Positions 49,341-59,725 of a stretch of DNA of 64,000 bases are shown here, in pieces (the first letter of the stretch is position 1; each line of letters opens with the position of its first letter). Source of the stretch: an uncultured bacterium (GTDB lineage: Bacteria > SAR324 > NAC60-12); the NCBI GenBank assembly GCA_964010765.1, contig CAXGMD010000003.1, positions 1 to 64,000 on the forward strand, in the 5' to 3' direction. The notes under the pieces were generated by a model. That model had not been told where the DNA came from. It saw only the letters and a program-made list of their open reading frames with translations, and searched no databases. The translations under genes were made by a program, and so were the position numbers.

Positions 49341-52097
49341 ATGAACCTTTCCCAACGCCTGCTTTCTACCCTACTGATCTGCCTTGGTATCAACCTCCCT
49401 TTCTCGACAGTATTGGGACAAGAAAGTTCACTTACACAGTGCTCTGTGGAAAAACGTCGTGAATTGCGACTGCAGGGTTTACTGGACGATGTCATTGCCT
49501 GGCGTTGTGGTGATTTTCCAAAAGCTCGCATTCTAGCTCACTTGGAGAAATCATCCGTGCTGGAGGGAGATGAGGGAACCAACATCACAATTCAGCTAAA
49601 CCGCCAACCTGCCTCCTCCGTCCGAATCAGCTTACGTAGCGCGCTGGATGATGAAGTAATTCTGGATGCAGACGAACTAACCTTCACTACAAGTGACTGG
49701 AATCACCCACGACACATTTCTGTCAAAAGTATTGATGACGATATTGCAGATGGTGATCGTGCAGTAACCTTACAACTTGCTGTAGCTGCTACCGAAGATA
49801 CTCGCTTCCGACAGGCTGCCCCTGTTGGTCTTGTCCTACAAAGTTTGGATAACGATCTAGTTGATTGGTCCGTAACTCGCCAACCTGGTCGACTACAAGA
49901 GGGAGGGGCTCCAGTCATATATGAAATCTCCCTACTCAGTCGCCCTATGCAGCCTATCACTTTACGGGTCGACAACAAGCATCCTGACTTCATCCGGGTT
50001 GCTCCAGATGAAATTCAAATTACTCCTGACAGCTGGCCTAAACCTGAATTACTTCGGGTCCAGGCAGTTGATGATCCCTTTGATAATCCAGATCGTCCTG
50101 TAGAAATTCTTGCTTCAGTTAAATCAACCACAGATCAAAGCTACCTCAAGCTTCCTCCACTTCGCTTACAACTGCTGGTTGAAGATGACGAAAATCCAGG
50201 AATTGTGATCAATCCAGAAAGAGGGGTAACAACTGAGGCAGGAGCCCAAGCCAACTTTGACTTGAGATTGCGAAGCCAGCCGCGCAGTCCAGTCCAGTTG
50301 AAAATTGAGTCTTCAGACGATACGGAAGGAAAAGTCTCTTCTCAGGAAATGCGCTTCACAGCTGCCGACTGGGATCGTACTCAGCAAGTAGTCGTAGAGG
50401 GACTTGACGACCTGCAGCGCGATGGTGACCAATCCTACGAGTTATCAATTACAATAGATTCAACGGATGAGGCCTATCAGCAGCTATCCGCCCTTCAAAT
50501 TCCCTTGATCAACAGTGACGATGACATCGCTGCGTTGGAGTTGGAGAGCAGCTCAGACCAGATCAGTGAAGAGGGTGAAAGTTCTGAGATATCCATTCGA
50601 CTACTTAGTGAACCAAAGGGAGAAGTAATTGTACAACTCTCTCTGGATAAAGCCGATGAAGCTACACTATTTCCAAACTCACTCACCTTTGACAAAAGTA
50701 ACTGGAACGTCCGTCAACGGCTGCTGATCGTTGGCAAAGATGATAATTTGGCAGATGGTGACCAAACCGTGACTGTTTTTGTGAGAGTACTTGGGAACAG
50801 TCCAGAGTACGTTGCACTGGCATCCCAACAACTCACTCTAACTAACCGTGATGATGATATCGCAAGCATTCTGATCCGAGCACCCGAACGGCTCAGTACC
50901 AGTGAATCTGGAACTATTGACCACTTTGAAGTGCTATTGCAGAGTAGACCCGAGGCTTCGGTACGTATTCCTCTGCGCACCTCTCAGCCAAACGAAGTCA
51001 GCATCAATCCAGAGGCAATCGTCATCCAACCCGAAGACTGGGACCAACCTCAGCGAGTAACCATCCAAGGTTTAGACGATGAACGATTGGATAGTTCTCA
51101 ATTTTTCTTGATAAATATTCTACCTGCTGAAAGTAACGATCAGCTTTACCAAGGTTTGGACGCAACAGATTTGGTTGGCACTAATGAAGACAATGACCAA
51201 CCAGGCATACTCACTTCAACAGGAAACCTACGAGTAAGCGAAAGTTTCGGTGAAGACCAACTAAAGATCCGCCTGAATAGCCGTCCTAATGAAGCAGTAC
51301 GTATCCAACTAAAGTCATCTGCTCCAGATGAATTCTCTGTGCTACCAGAACAACTGATTTTCACCCCGGAAGACTGGAATCTTGAACAGAGCGTGACTGT
51401 TCGTGGCCTACCAGATGAGGTTGCAGAAGCTAGTTCAACCTACCAGCTGTTGGTTTCCGTTACGCAGGGTGAAGAAAACTACAAAGGGTTGGACACTATT
51501 GAGGTCATTGTTGCTGTTGAAGACCAAACTCCTGAACTACCACCAACGATGATCAGAGCCATGAGTGGCCTACAATATGTTGCTCTTGCGAGTCGAATGC
51601 AACGTGGTGAGTACTCAGAAACAGGAACAGATTTGAATCTCAGTGGACAAAGCCAAGGACTATACTACAACCATCATTGGGCCTCTCACCTAACGGCTGG
51701 GGTTGCCCTAGAAAGAGCAGAATTGACTGGGAAGAATCACACCCAGAATCGTAGTGTTGCAATTGAATTAGAAGAATACAGGCTGCAGGCGTCCGGAGGC
51801 TACGCTTGGTATTTTTCGCCCGAATGGAGACTACAACCAGAACTACGCCTCTCCTACAATTTTCTATCTGCTAAACGGACAGAGGAAGACTCCAACCAAC
51901 GCCTTGAAGAAACATTGGATGGTGGAATTTTTACAGGTCAGTTTGGTTCCGGCCTGCACTATTTGGCAAATGAAACCTTCTTTGTTGGTGCAGGTATCTA
52001 CCTTGAACCTAATAAGGTTTCTCTGGGATTCGCTGATGCAAATGGAAATTATAACATTATCTGGAGCAGTGAGTTCATGGTTGGGCTCCAATTCTGA
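49341..52097 (+). CDS. Surface protein with six Calx-beta-like repeats and a C-terminal outer-membrane beta-barrel
   Basis: Signal peptide; six ~110-aa repeats (E..L.S.P...FT..DW...Q.V.V..DD); amphipathic strands ending VGLQF. Confidence 0.8.
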   Translation: MNLSQRLLSTLLICLGINLPFSTVLGQESSLTQCSVEKRRELRLQGLLDDVIAWRCGDFPKARILAHLEKSSVLEGDEGTNITIQLNRQPASSVRISLRSALDDEVILDADELTFTTSDWNHPRHISVKSIDDDIADGDRAVTLQLAVAATEDTRFRQAAPVGLVLQSLDNDLVDWSVTRQPGRLQEGGAPVIYEISLLSRPMQPITLRVDNKHPDFIRVAPDEIQITPDSWPKPELLRVQAVDDPFDNPDRPVEILASVKSTTDQSYLKLPPLRLQLLVEDDENPGIVINPERGVTTEAGAQANFDLRLRSQPRSPVQLKIESSDDTEGKVSSQEMRFTAADWDRTQQVVVEGLDDLQRDGDQSYELSITIDSTDEAYQQLSALQIPLINSDDDIAALELESSSDQISEEGESSEISIRLLSEPKGEVIVQLSLDKADEATLFPNSLTFDKSNWNVRQRLLIVGKDDNLADGDQTVTVFVRVLGNSPEYVALASQQLTLTNRDDDIASILIRAPERLSTSESGTIDHFEVLLQSRPEASVRIPLRTSQPNEVSINPEAIVIQPEDWDQPQRVTIQGLDDERLDSSQFFLINILPAESNDQLYQGLDATDLVGTNEDNDQPGILTSTGNLRVSESFGEDQLKIRLNSRPNEAVRIQLKSSAPDEFSVLPEQLIFTPEDWNLEQSVTVRGLPDEVAEASSTYQLLVSVTQGEENYKGLDTIEVIVAVEDQTPELPPTMIRAMSGLQYVALASRMQRGEYSETGTDLNLSGQSQGLYYNHHWASHLTAGVALERAELTGKNHTQNRSVAIELEEYRLQASGGYAWYFSPEWRLQPELRLSYNFLSAKRTEEDSNQRLEETLDGGIFTGQFGSGLHYLANETFFVGAGIYLEPNKVSLGFADANGNYNIIWSSEFMVGLQF

Positions 52098-52262
52098 ACA
52101 AAACAAACCCCGTGAAAAAACCTACTCGCTTCATTCACAGATTTTACATACGTCTGTCTGAGCACAAAAATATCGTGTAAACCCTACCTTAGCTGACTCC
52201 CTTCGAGCAAATCATCTTATTCTTCGGCAATACCCAGGTAGCTTCTCAATATAGCGCATCAA

Positions 52263-52311
52263 TTTGTCAAAAGATTGACTTTGTCAACTTCTTTGGCAAA
52301 TCCTTTGACAC
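52263..52311. promoter_or_regulatory. Cluster of TTTG[T/G/A]CA repeats upstream of the ROK gene, including a TTGAC-N3-GTCAA palindrome and a TTGACA hexamer
   Basis: TTTGTCAA 52263 and 52280, TTTGGCAA 52292, TTTGACAC 52304. Confidence 0.4.
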
Positions 52312-52341
52312 CAGCCATTTTTTCTAACAATTAGAGCCCGC

Positions 52342-53503
52342 ATGGAATATTCGCAAAACGCAAGATTGGTTCTACAGTGCCTACGACGCCACGGAGAACT
52401 GTCTCGTGCAGAAATCTCCAGGATGACAGGTTTGAGTGCACAAACCGCATCCGTGCCCATGAACAAACTATTGAAGGACGAACTGGTTGTTGAAACACAC
52501 AAACGCTATGGGTCCATCAGCAAACCCGCAACCCAGATCCAACTTAATCCTCAAGGCGCTTACTCCCTGGGGATCGAGTTAGGACGTAGGATATCACCAT
52601 TGTATTAGTCGATTTCGCAGGAGTCGTGATTGATCGTGTTTTTCTACAGCAAGACCTCTCACAACCTGAGGCTGAGATGGAACTCATTCTCCAGCAAAGC
52701 AACCAATTATTTTCAAATAATCCAGGCAGTGCTCTTCGACTAGCAGGTATTGGATTGGCAGTCCCGTTTCAGTTGGAAGCATGGCACAATGAGTTAGGAC
52801 TGGACCAGGAAACATCAAACCGTCTCGCTGCTTGGGCAGGTTTGATGTTGTTGATGCGCTGGAACAGAGTTTTGGCTGCGATGTATTCATGGAAAATGAT
52901 GGAACAGCCGCTGCGATAGCAGAGATGCTTTTTGGGGTTGGCAAACGAGTGAATGATTTCGTCTACCTGTTCTTGGATGTAGTGATTGGGGGAGGAGTCG
53001 TTTGTGATGGAGACATCCTACGAGGAACCAACAGCAACGCAGGAGACTTAGCTCTGATGCGGATTGGTTCTCCAGGCCAGAGTGGCTTGCTGTTAGAGCA
53101 CGCCTCCTTATTTCTACTGCTCAACAGACTAAGCAAAGCCGGAATCGAAAAACCCAAAATTACTCAACTTATTGAAGACAGTAGCGCACAGCGTCAAATT
53201 TTTGACCAGTGGGTCGAACAGGCAGTACAAGCTCTCTCCTTGGCTGTTATCAATATCCATAGTCTATTGGATACTGAAGCAGTGGAACTCGCCAGTCGGC
53301 TACCTCGTGAACTCATGCAGTATTTTATTCAGCGGATGGAGGTCATAATGGAACAAGAGCACCAACTAGATCCGGGTCAGGATCTTCCTAAGTTGCTGGA
53401 GGGAGAAAATCGGAGTGATGTTCATGCGCTCGGTGCAGCCATGGTCCCCTACTATCATCGATATGCGACTACTTCTTCAATTCTGCCGAGGCAAACTTTC
53501 TAA
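52342..53503 (+). pseudogene. ROK family transcriptional regulator split by two frameshifts
   Basis: HTH LSRAEISRMTGLS; GIELGRR continues as ITIVLVDFAG in another frame (~52590); GIGLAVP; a third frame carries FDVVDALE...MENDGTAAAIAE (~52835). Confidence 0.8.
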
Positions 53504-53638
53504 ATACCGACTCATCTCTCTACTTTTTGAATTTCATATATCTAATCAAAAAGAATAGGCCAGTGCCAAATAATTTAACAAATCTGCCAGCAGACCACAC
53601 TAAAGACTAACTGGGCCAGGCCTCTCTTTCCAAAGCTT

Positions 53639-54322
53639 TCACAAAGCTGTTCCCCAGCGATAGCGTAGACCCACCCCAAGTATGTTAGAGCTAGTGTTGC
53701 GAACACCGTACAGACCATACCCAGCAGAGCGATGATGAATCCGGAATGACAACTCTGCTTCTGGAAGTTGTGGCGGAGCTAAAGTGATATCCAGCGTCAG
53801 CAAATTCATAAAGTGTTTGGAGGATCTGCCTTCGGTTCGCTCTTGATCTGGGATCTTGGAAGCGTAAGAGACTCCCTCAGCAAAGCCAATTGTGGTCTTC
53901 ACATAGCGATCCCATCGAAAGTTCTTCCATCGGAATATTACAGAAGGGCCAATCTCGTTGATCACCTTCGTTTGACTTTCTCGATAGTTGATGCTCAGGG
54001 CAGCTTCTAATTCCGTAACGTAAGGTTCCAAATAATGGAACCACCAAAGCTTCCTTGATATTCGACGTGCGACTTCCACTCCATAAACTAGCTCATCTGT
54101 GTTTGGGTACGCCAAATCCAGAGCTTTGGAAGGATCATGTGAGTCCGTATAGTTGATCAAGCCGATATCATCTAGGTTGCTTTGAGCTGTCTGTCCCTTG
54201 AACAGCAACAACCCCCAGGCATCTTCGAAGACTTGAGCACAAACTGGTTGGACAGGCAGTAGGAAAAAGCCCAGGCCTCCCACTAGCAAAAGCAGAAGGC
54301 GAAGCTTTCGGGAGAAATACAT
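53639..54322 (-). CDS. Small outer-membrane beta-barrel, PagL/acyloxyacyl-hydrolase-like
   Basis: Signal peptide; AEGVSY, FRIHHRS, SNILGVGLRYRW. Confidence 0.6.
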   Translation of the reverse strand: MYFSRKLRLLLLLVGGLGFFLLPVQPVCAQVFEDAWGLLLFKGQTAQSNLDDIGLINYTDSHDPSKALDLAYPNTDELVYGVEVARRISRKLWWFHYLEPYVTELEAALSINYRESQTKVINEIGPSVIFRWKNFRWDRYVKTTIGFAEGVSYASKIPDQERTEGRSSKHFMNLLTLDITLAPPQLPEAELSFRIHHRSAGYGLYGVRNTSSNILGVGLRYRWGTAL

Positions 54323-54353
54323 GTAAGAAGAGAAGTGTCTTCGTAGGTAGGAC

Positions 54354-55874
54354 TTACTCAGGCAAATGGAAAGTTTTCAGTTTTTCTTCGGAGTACTCTT
54401 CACGATCATCATAGCACTTCTTTAACGCCTGCTGCGATACAGAAAGCACCTTAAACTCTTCAGATTCCTGATCCAATTTTCCTTCGGTGTCATAGTTATC
54501 CATGAACTTCATCAGTCCTCCAGCCCCCTGGAAGTCTTTGAAATACACTTTGAGCCTAAAGAGCAGTAGACAAGCCTTGATGATCTCGACCTTATCCAGT
54601 TGTTCAAAAATTGGTTCGAGCCATTCAATGACTTTCTTCAGTGCTGACTTGGCTTCATCGATTCGACCTGCCTCCGAGAGCATTTCAGCTTTCACCATAT
54701 TCAGTGAGGCCATTTTACGCACGTTGGCATACGGTGTGTCTGCAACCTCCGACAATCGTTTATGGGTCTCTATCGCTAAATCATAGCTGAGCAATGCCAT
54801 CTCAAGATCTCGTTCTTCACTGATGAATGCTGCTGGATCTTTAATTTTCTCTCGCAAGCTCTGCATTCGATCTTCCCATCCTTCCTGAAACTGTTCTACG
54901 TTGAAGGGAGCGTTCCGGTTAGACTGTGAGCGGAAATTCTCCAAAATATTGGTAGAGAATCCGCAGCTAGTACAACTCGTCACGTCCAGCAAATTAAAAT
55001 CGCAGAAATCCATCGATCCGGAAGGGCTTAGGTACTTTGGAATCCCAAAAATATTCTGCTTGGTAATCATGCTCCTGGCACGCAAAGACCAAAAATGAAC
55101 AGCATCATTGCCGCAAGCAAAACAGTTAACGATACGTCCAGTCAGTGAGGATTTCTTCGGTGTGAGCCGATCATTAACTGTTGTGACCTCATAACGATCT
55201 GGGAAGAGGATTTGAAGAATACCGTGTTGGTCCCCCAGTCGCTGGACGATGTCCACACGAATCGAGACGCTCTTCTCATCCCACTTTTCCTGGCGTTGTC
55301 CGGTCACCCTGCCTTCAACACGATCATAGAATTCTTCCTCTGAACCTGATTTAGAAATCTGGATATAGACCGGCATATTGGGAACCATCGCCCGAGGGTT
55401 CCGGAAAGTACAACGGGACTCTGAGAGCGAAGTGAGTCGTACTAGAGAGGCATTCTTACCAGCAGAGATTTTTGCCAGTGGTTTGGTTGCTTCCAGCATT
55501 GACCTTGCTGTCTTCCATAGCTTTGTGAGGATATTGCTGGTGAAGCCCAACAGACCGCCCGCATAGACGAAAAAGGTGATCTCTGTCTCTGACATTTTCC
55601 CATCTACAACCATCAACTCCGCAAGATACTTGAGGATAATGAATGATTGCTTAGGATCAATTTTTCGCGCTTCCAGCGATGGAGTCTTGCCTTGGCGCAC
55701 AACAGCCATGATGCCGTTTACCTGATCACGATCTTCTAGAAAAGAAATAGCCTCCTTGAGAAATTCGAGTTCTGAGTCATCAACTCGACCATCGGCCACA
55801 ATCATGCCGGCAATAGCCCGTGCAAACCAAATTTTCTCCTCGATGGACATGGCTTCGGTGTTAGGCAATTCCAT
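54354..55874 (-). CDS. TerB-like + PilZ-like + DUF2225-like (Zn-ribbon/helical) fusion protein
   Basis: ADGRVDDSE, VDGKMSETE; CFACG...CTSCGFS; ERDLEMALLSYDLA; TPR-like tail. Confidence 0.7.
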   Translation of the reverse strand: MELPNTEAMSIEEKIWFARAIAGMIVADGRVDDSELEFLKEAISFLEDRDQVNGIMAVVRQGKTPSLEARKIDPKQSFIILKYLAELMVVDGKMSETEITFFVYAGGLLGFTSNILTKLWKTARSMLEATKPLAKISAGKNASLVRLTSLSESRCTFRNPRAMVPNMPVYIQISKSGSEEEFYDRVEGRVTGQRQEKWDEKSVSIRVDIVQRLGDQHGILQILFPDRYEVTTVNDRLTPKKSSLTGRIVNCFACGNDAVHFWSLRARSMITKQNIFGIPKYLSPSGSMDFCDFNLLDVTSCTSCGFSTNILENFRSQSNRNAPFNVEQFQEGWEDRMQSLREKIKDPAAFISEERDLEMALLSYDLAIETHKRLSEVADTPYANVRKMASLNMVKAEMLSEAGRIDEAKSALKKVIEWLEPIFEQLDKVEIIKACLLLFRLKVYFKDFQGAGGLMKFMDNYDTEGKLDQESEEFKVLSVSQQALKKCYDDREEYSEEKLKTFHLPE

Positions 55875-56005
55875 GGGATTTCTCTCCTTTCGTGATTACA
55901 GAATAAGCATCTATGAGCCGCAAAGCTCATAGCAAACAACAATTTTTTAAGTTGAGCAAGAGTAACCCCATCTTTGGGGAGACGCAAAGAAAAAGCTGTA
56001 TAACC

Positions 56006-56890
56006 TTAGAACTTGCCAGCTTCCCGGAAAGCAAAGGCGCTCCAACCTTCTGCCTCTGTCGAAGCACAAATACACAGTCCATATTTCGCTAAGGCAGTTG
56101 CGAGCGGTACCTCCTGCTCTATCAGAAGACCGCTACAAATCAGGGTTCCACCAGCAGCTGTCAATCTTGCCAAATCTACCACCGCAGATTTTAGTTCCTC
56201 TAACAACATATTGCTGATTACCAGTGGCCCCGGTTCGTCAATAACGTTGGCCGTACCAACGACACCCCAAAAACATTGCTCCTGCTGATTCAATTCAAAA
56301 TTGTGAAGGGCCTCTGGCAGGACTACCGGATCATTGTCACAAGCTACAATTTTTGAAATTCCAAGACGAGTCGCAGCCAAACCAAGAATGCCCGACCCTG
56401 TACCCACATCAACAAGACTGGCCGGCACCTGAGCTTCCTGCAAAATAACCAGTTCGAGCATCTCTAGTGCCAAGCGAGTGGAGACGTGGGTTCCTGTTCC
56501 AAACGCTTGTCCTGGCTCCAGCCAGATTACCTGACGATTCTCAGGCAGGTCTTTTTCGTACCAGACAGGTGCAATCAATAGAGTTCGACCGATTTCTACA
56601 GGCTGAAAATGATCATGCCAACCTAAACGCCAATTTTCATTTGGGCAGAGTCGATGCTCCACTAACTCTAGTTTTCCAACTGCTTTTGGATACTCGTTCC
56701 GAAAACGAGAAATCCACTCATCAAGTTTTTGTGGTTCGGTCAGGTAGCATTTCAGTCTTTGTTCGCCATCAGCTTCTTGAAGAATCTCACAGCCTGCTGC
56801 CCCCTGTTCAAAGCAAAAGCCTGTCCAGAGATCTGCTAGTTCTTCTGCCATGCTGAATACACCTTCCTGGTAGTTCTCCAAACTAGTCAC
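56006..56890 (-). CDS. prmA: Ribosomal protein L11 methyltransferase
   Basis: W...W...FQP, LEPGQAFGTGTH.ST, DVGTGSGIL, LICSGL. Confidence 0.93.
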   Translation of the reverse strand: MTSLENYQEGVFSMAEELADLWTGFCFEQGAAGCEILQEADGEQRLKCYLTEPQKLDEWISRFRNEYPKAVGKLELVEHRLCPNENWRLGWHDHFQPVEIGRTLLIAPVWYEKDLPENRQVIWLEPGQAFGTGTHVSTRLALEMLELVILQEAQVPASLVDVGTGSGILGLAATRLGISKIVACDNDPVVLPEALHNFELNQQEQCFWGVVGTANVIDEPGPLVISNMLLEELKSAVVDLARLTAAGGTLICSGLLIEQEVPLATALAKYGLCICASTEAEGWSAFAFREAGKF

Positions 56891-57156
56891 TCGCGCGTCT
56901 TGTCAAGATAGACTTTAAAACCATCCTCCAAGAGTCCTCGTAAACGCGGATCTTTTTTTTCCTCTGCCGACTTGCATTGCTGACAGCGGCAGCTTACATG
57001 ATGTGTCTTTTGGAATCGTTTGATACGCACCCGAGTCAGGTCTTTTCCCTCCGTTTGCATCTGACGCAGCACCTTCTCCACTTGTTCCATGACCTTGTGC
57101 AGAACAATTTCCTCGTGCTTTGGGAAACCACGTTCTGTGGATTTACGGCCGAACAT
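56887..57156 (-). CDS. Small basic hypothetical protein with an HHxxCxCxxC motif
   Basis: 89 aa; overlaps both neighbours; GAGG SD; HHVSCRCQQC. Confidence 0.65.
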   Translation of the reverse strand: MFGRKSTERGFPKHEEIVLHKVMEQVEKVLRQMQTEGKDLTRVRIKRFQKTHHVSCRCQQCKSAEEKKDPRLRGLLEDGFKVYLDKTRE

Positions 57157-58330
57157 TTGCCTCTCCTGTTACCAGTTGGGACTGTAAGTGTTGCCAGCTT
57201 TGCTCGTAAACTGACAATGTCTGCTCTAGCAATTTATTCGGATCAAAACGTTCCAAAGACTGCTGACGGGCATTCTTACCGAACTCTGAAATGCGTTCTG
57301 GACTTTCTAGCATCCACTCCAGAATTTCGGCCAGGGCTTCAGCACTCTTGTCTTTCGCGATCCGGCCTGTGACACCATCCTGAATGATCTCAGGTAGAGC
57401 TCCGGTAGGAAAAGCAATCACAGGCTTCCCTACAGAGAAAAATTCAACAGCCACACGACAAATCACTTCAGAATCAACAGAGCTTACTACACCAATGTCA
57501 GTGTGACGCATAATTTCCAGAACATCCTCGCGATAACCATACAAGTAGACGCTCTGCTGGAGATTCGATTCAACCAAATCTTGCAAAAGCCCTTGCCATT
57601 CTGCCTCCGTCTCATTCGTGTCTCGATAGAGCATCAGCAGCACTATGTCTGGGAAACGCTTTCTTAGTGTAGCAAAACTTTTTAGAAGAATCCTTTGCCC
57701 CTTGACTGGCCGAATACGCCCGACAATACCAATGACTCGACATTGCCTTGGGATACCTAATCGATCAAGACACTCTAATCGAGATTGTTGAGCTTCACTT
57801 TCTCCCTGTGAATCAATCGAACTTGGGTTAACAGGATAGTAGATGACCTGCAGACGCTCTGATGGAAGATTGAGGATCTGGCGAAGTTGGGAAGCGATCA
57901 CCTGTGCAGGCACAATCACGGACTCAATCCAATCCTCATGTAACTTACGATTTAGCCAATGATCACGAAGTGGTCGAGTTGTACCGCGAGTACGGATTAA
58001 CGCAAAACTTTTCAGCCGTTGCCGAAGCAACACGAGCAGGGGGAATCCCTCAGATCGGTGAGCATTGACAATCTGAATCTGCTGTTCCTCAATCAGGGAT
58101 TGCAACCGTCGGTAGGCCCGCCAAAGTTGCCAGGGATTTGAAGAACTAAGTGGGATATCCGTAATGATTGGCAGGTTCCAATTACGCAGCTTGGTCTCAT
58201 TCAAGGAATTGGGGAGGGTCAGTACCCAAACTTTATGCCCAGCATTCAGTAGTTCTCTTGCAAGGGTAGCTGCATAGGCGGCCTCCGCATTCCACCAGCG
58301 AACGTTGCTGGTGATCAGGATCCGCATCAA
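57143..58330 (-). CDS. Glycosyltransferase family 4 (GT-B)
   Basis: IVNAH, VGRIRPVKGQ, GYREDV, SEVICRVAVE, GKPVI..GALPEII. Confidence 0.9.
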   Translation of the reverse strand: MMRILITSNVRWWNAEAAYAATLARELLNAGHKVWVLTLPNSLNETKLRNWNLPIITDIPLSSSNPWQLWRAYRRLQSLIEEQQIQIVNAHRSEGFPLLVLLRQRLKSFALIRTRGTTRPLRDHWLNRKLHEDWIESVIVPAQVIASQLRQILNLPSERLQVIYYPVNPSSIDSQGESEAQQSRLECLDRLGIPRQCRVIGIVGRIRPVKGQRILLKSFATLRKRFPDIVLLMLYRDTNETEAEWQGLLQDLVESNLQQSVYLYGYREDVLEIMRHTDIGVVSSVDSEVICRVAVEFFSVGKPVIAFPTGALPEIIQDGVTGRIAKDKSAEALAEILEWMLESPERISEFGKNARQQSLERFDPNKLLEQTLSVYEQSWQHLQSQLVTGEANVRP

Positions 58331-58333
58331 TCC

Positions 58334-59725
58334 CTAGAAATCGGCATGGCCAGGCACTCGTGGGAAGGGGATCACGTCACGGATGTTCTTCATACCTGTC
58401 ACGAATTGAACAATCCGCTCAAAGCCAAGACCAAAACCGGAGTGAGGCACAGAACCGTAGCGACGCAGATCTAGATACCAACCATATTCTTCCTCCGGCA
58501 AATCTAACTCGCGGAGACGCTTTTGTAATTGTTCAAGGTTGTCTTCACGCTGGGAACCTCCGATGATCTCCCCAATTCTTGGAAACAAGACATCCATTGC
58601 CGCCACTGTGCGATCATCTGGATTCTGCTTCATATAGAATGCTTTGATGTCACGTGGGTAGTCTGTCAAAACGACGGGGCAGCCATAGTGCTGCTCTGTC
58701 AGATAACGTTCATGTTCTGACTGTAGGTCTGCACCCCATTCTACTGGAAACTCGAAGGGCTGTTTTGATTGCTGGAGGATCTCAACCGCTTCCGTATAAG
58801 ACACGGTCTGGAATTCGGATGAAACGATGTGCTCCAACGTTGCACAAAGCTCTGAATCATACATCTTCTGCAGGAATGCCAAGTCTTCTGAGTGGCGTTC
58901 GAGGCAATTGCTGAGCAGGAATTTTAGGAAGTCAGTAGCTAGTTGAACCAGATCTGGCAACTCGCAGAAAGCCACCTCTGGCTCAATCATCCAAAACTCT
59001 GCAAGATGCCGGGATGTATTGGAATTTTCTGCACGAAACGTTGGTCCAAAGGTGTAGACATCGCCAAACGAGCACGCGAATGCCTCTACATTCAACTGGC
59101 CTGACACTGTCAAGAATACAGGACGACCAAAGAAGTCAGCGCTGTAGCCGGGCTTACTCTGAGAAGTTAGGGGTAGTCGTTGATCTAGTGGCAGAGTCGT
59201 AACTTGAAACAATGCCCCTGCCCCTTCTGTGTCGCTGGCAGTGATGATTGGTGTGTGAATGTAAAGAAATCCACGTTCCTGAAAGAAACGATGGACCGCA
59301 TCAGCAAGTGTATTCCTGATTCTGAAGACAGCACCAAAAGTATTGGTTCGTGGTCGGAGGTGGGCAATTTCGCGCAGGAATTCGAGGGTGTGACCTTTTT
59401 TTTGGAGTGGGTAGTCCTCTCCCGGTGACCTGCCGTAGATTCGGATTTGCTGAGCTTGTATTTCGAAAGTTTGTCCCTTGCCAGGAGACTCAACCAGTTG
59501 GCCAATCACTTCAACCGCGGAGCCCGTTGTTAATTTGGCGATCTCTTCGTAACCGGGCAACTCTGCATCAGCAATAATTTGGATTCCTGACTGTGTCGAG
59601 CCATCATTCAAATTGAGGAAAGAAAATTTCTTTGAATTTCTTACTGTTCGTAGCCAACCTCGTAGACAAATCTCCTGACCAACCAAATCTGAAGACAGCG
59701 CTGCCAGACGAGTCCGTTGACTCAT
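58334..59725 (-). CDS. asnS: Asparagine--tRNA ligase
   Basis: [60 protein letters not shown]. Confidence 0.97.
   Translation of the reverse strand: MSQRTRLAALSSDLVGQEICLRGWLRTVRNSKKFSFLNLNDGSTQSGIQIIADAELPGYEEIAKLTTGSAVEVIGQLVESPGKGQTFEIQAQQIRIYGRSPGEDYPLQKKGHTLEFLREIAHLRPRTNTFGAVFRIRNTLADAVHRFFQERGFLYIHTPIITASDTEGAGALFQVTTLPLDQRLPLTSQSKPGYSADFFGRPVFLTVSGQLNVEAFACSFGDVYTFGPTFRAENSNTSRHLAEFWMIEPEVAFCELPDLVQLATDFLKFLLSNCLERHSEDLAFLQKMYDSELCATLEHIVSSEFQTVSYTEAVEILQQSKQPFEFPVEWGADLQSEHERYLTEQHYGCPVVLTDYPRDIKAFYMKQNPDDRTVAAMDVLFPRIGEIIGGSQREDNLEQLQKRLRELDLPEEEYGWYLDLRRYGSVPHSGFGLGFERIVQFVTGMKNIRDVIPFPRVPGHADF

Noticed and set aside
52580..52845. Programmed ribosomal frameshifting in the ROK gene
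   Set aside because: No slippery heptamer at either junction, and two shifts would be needed
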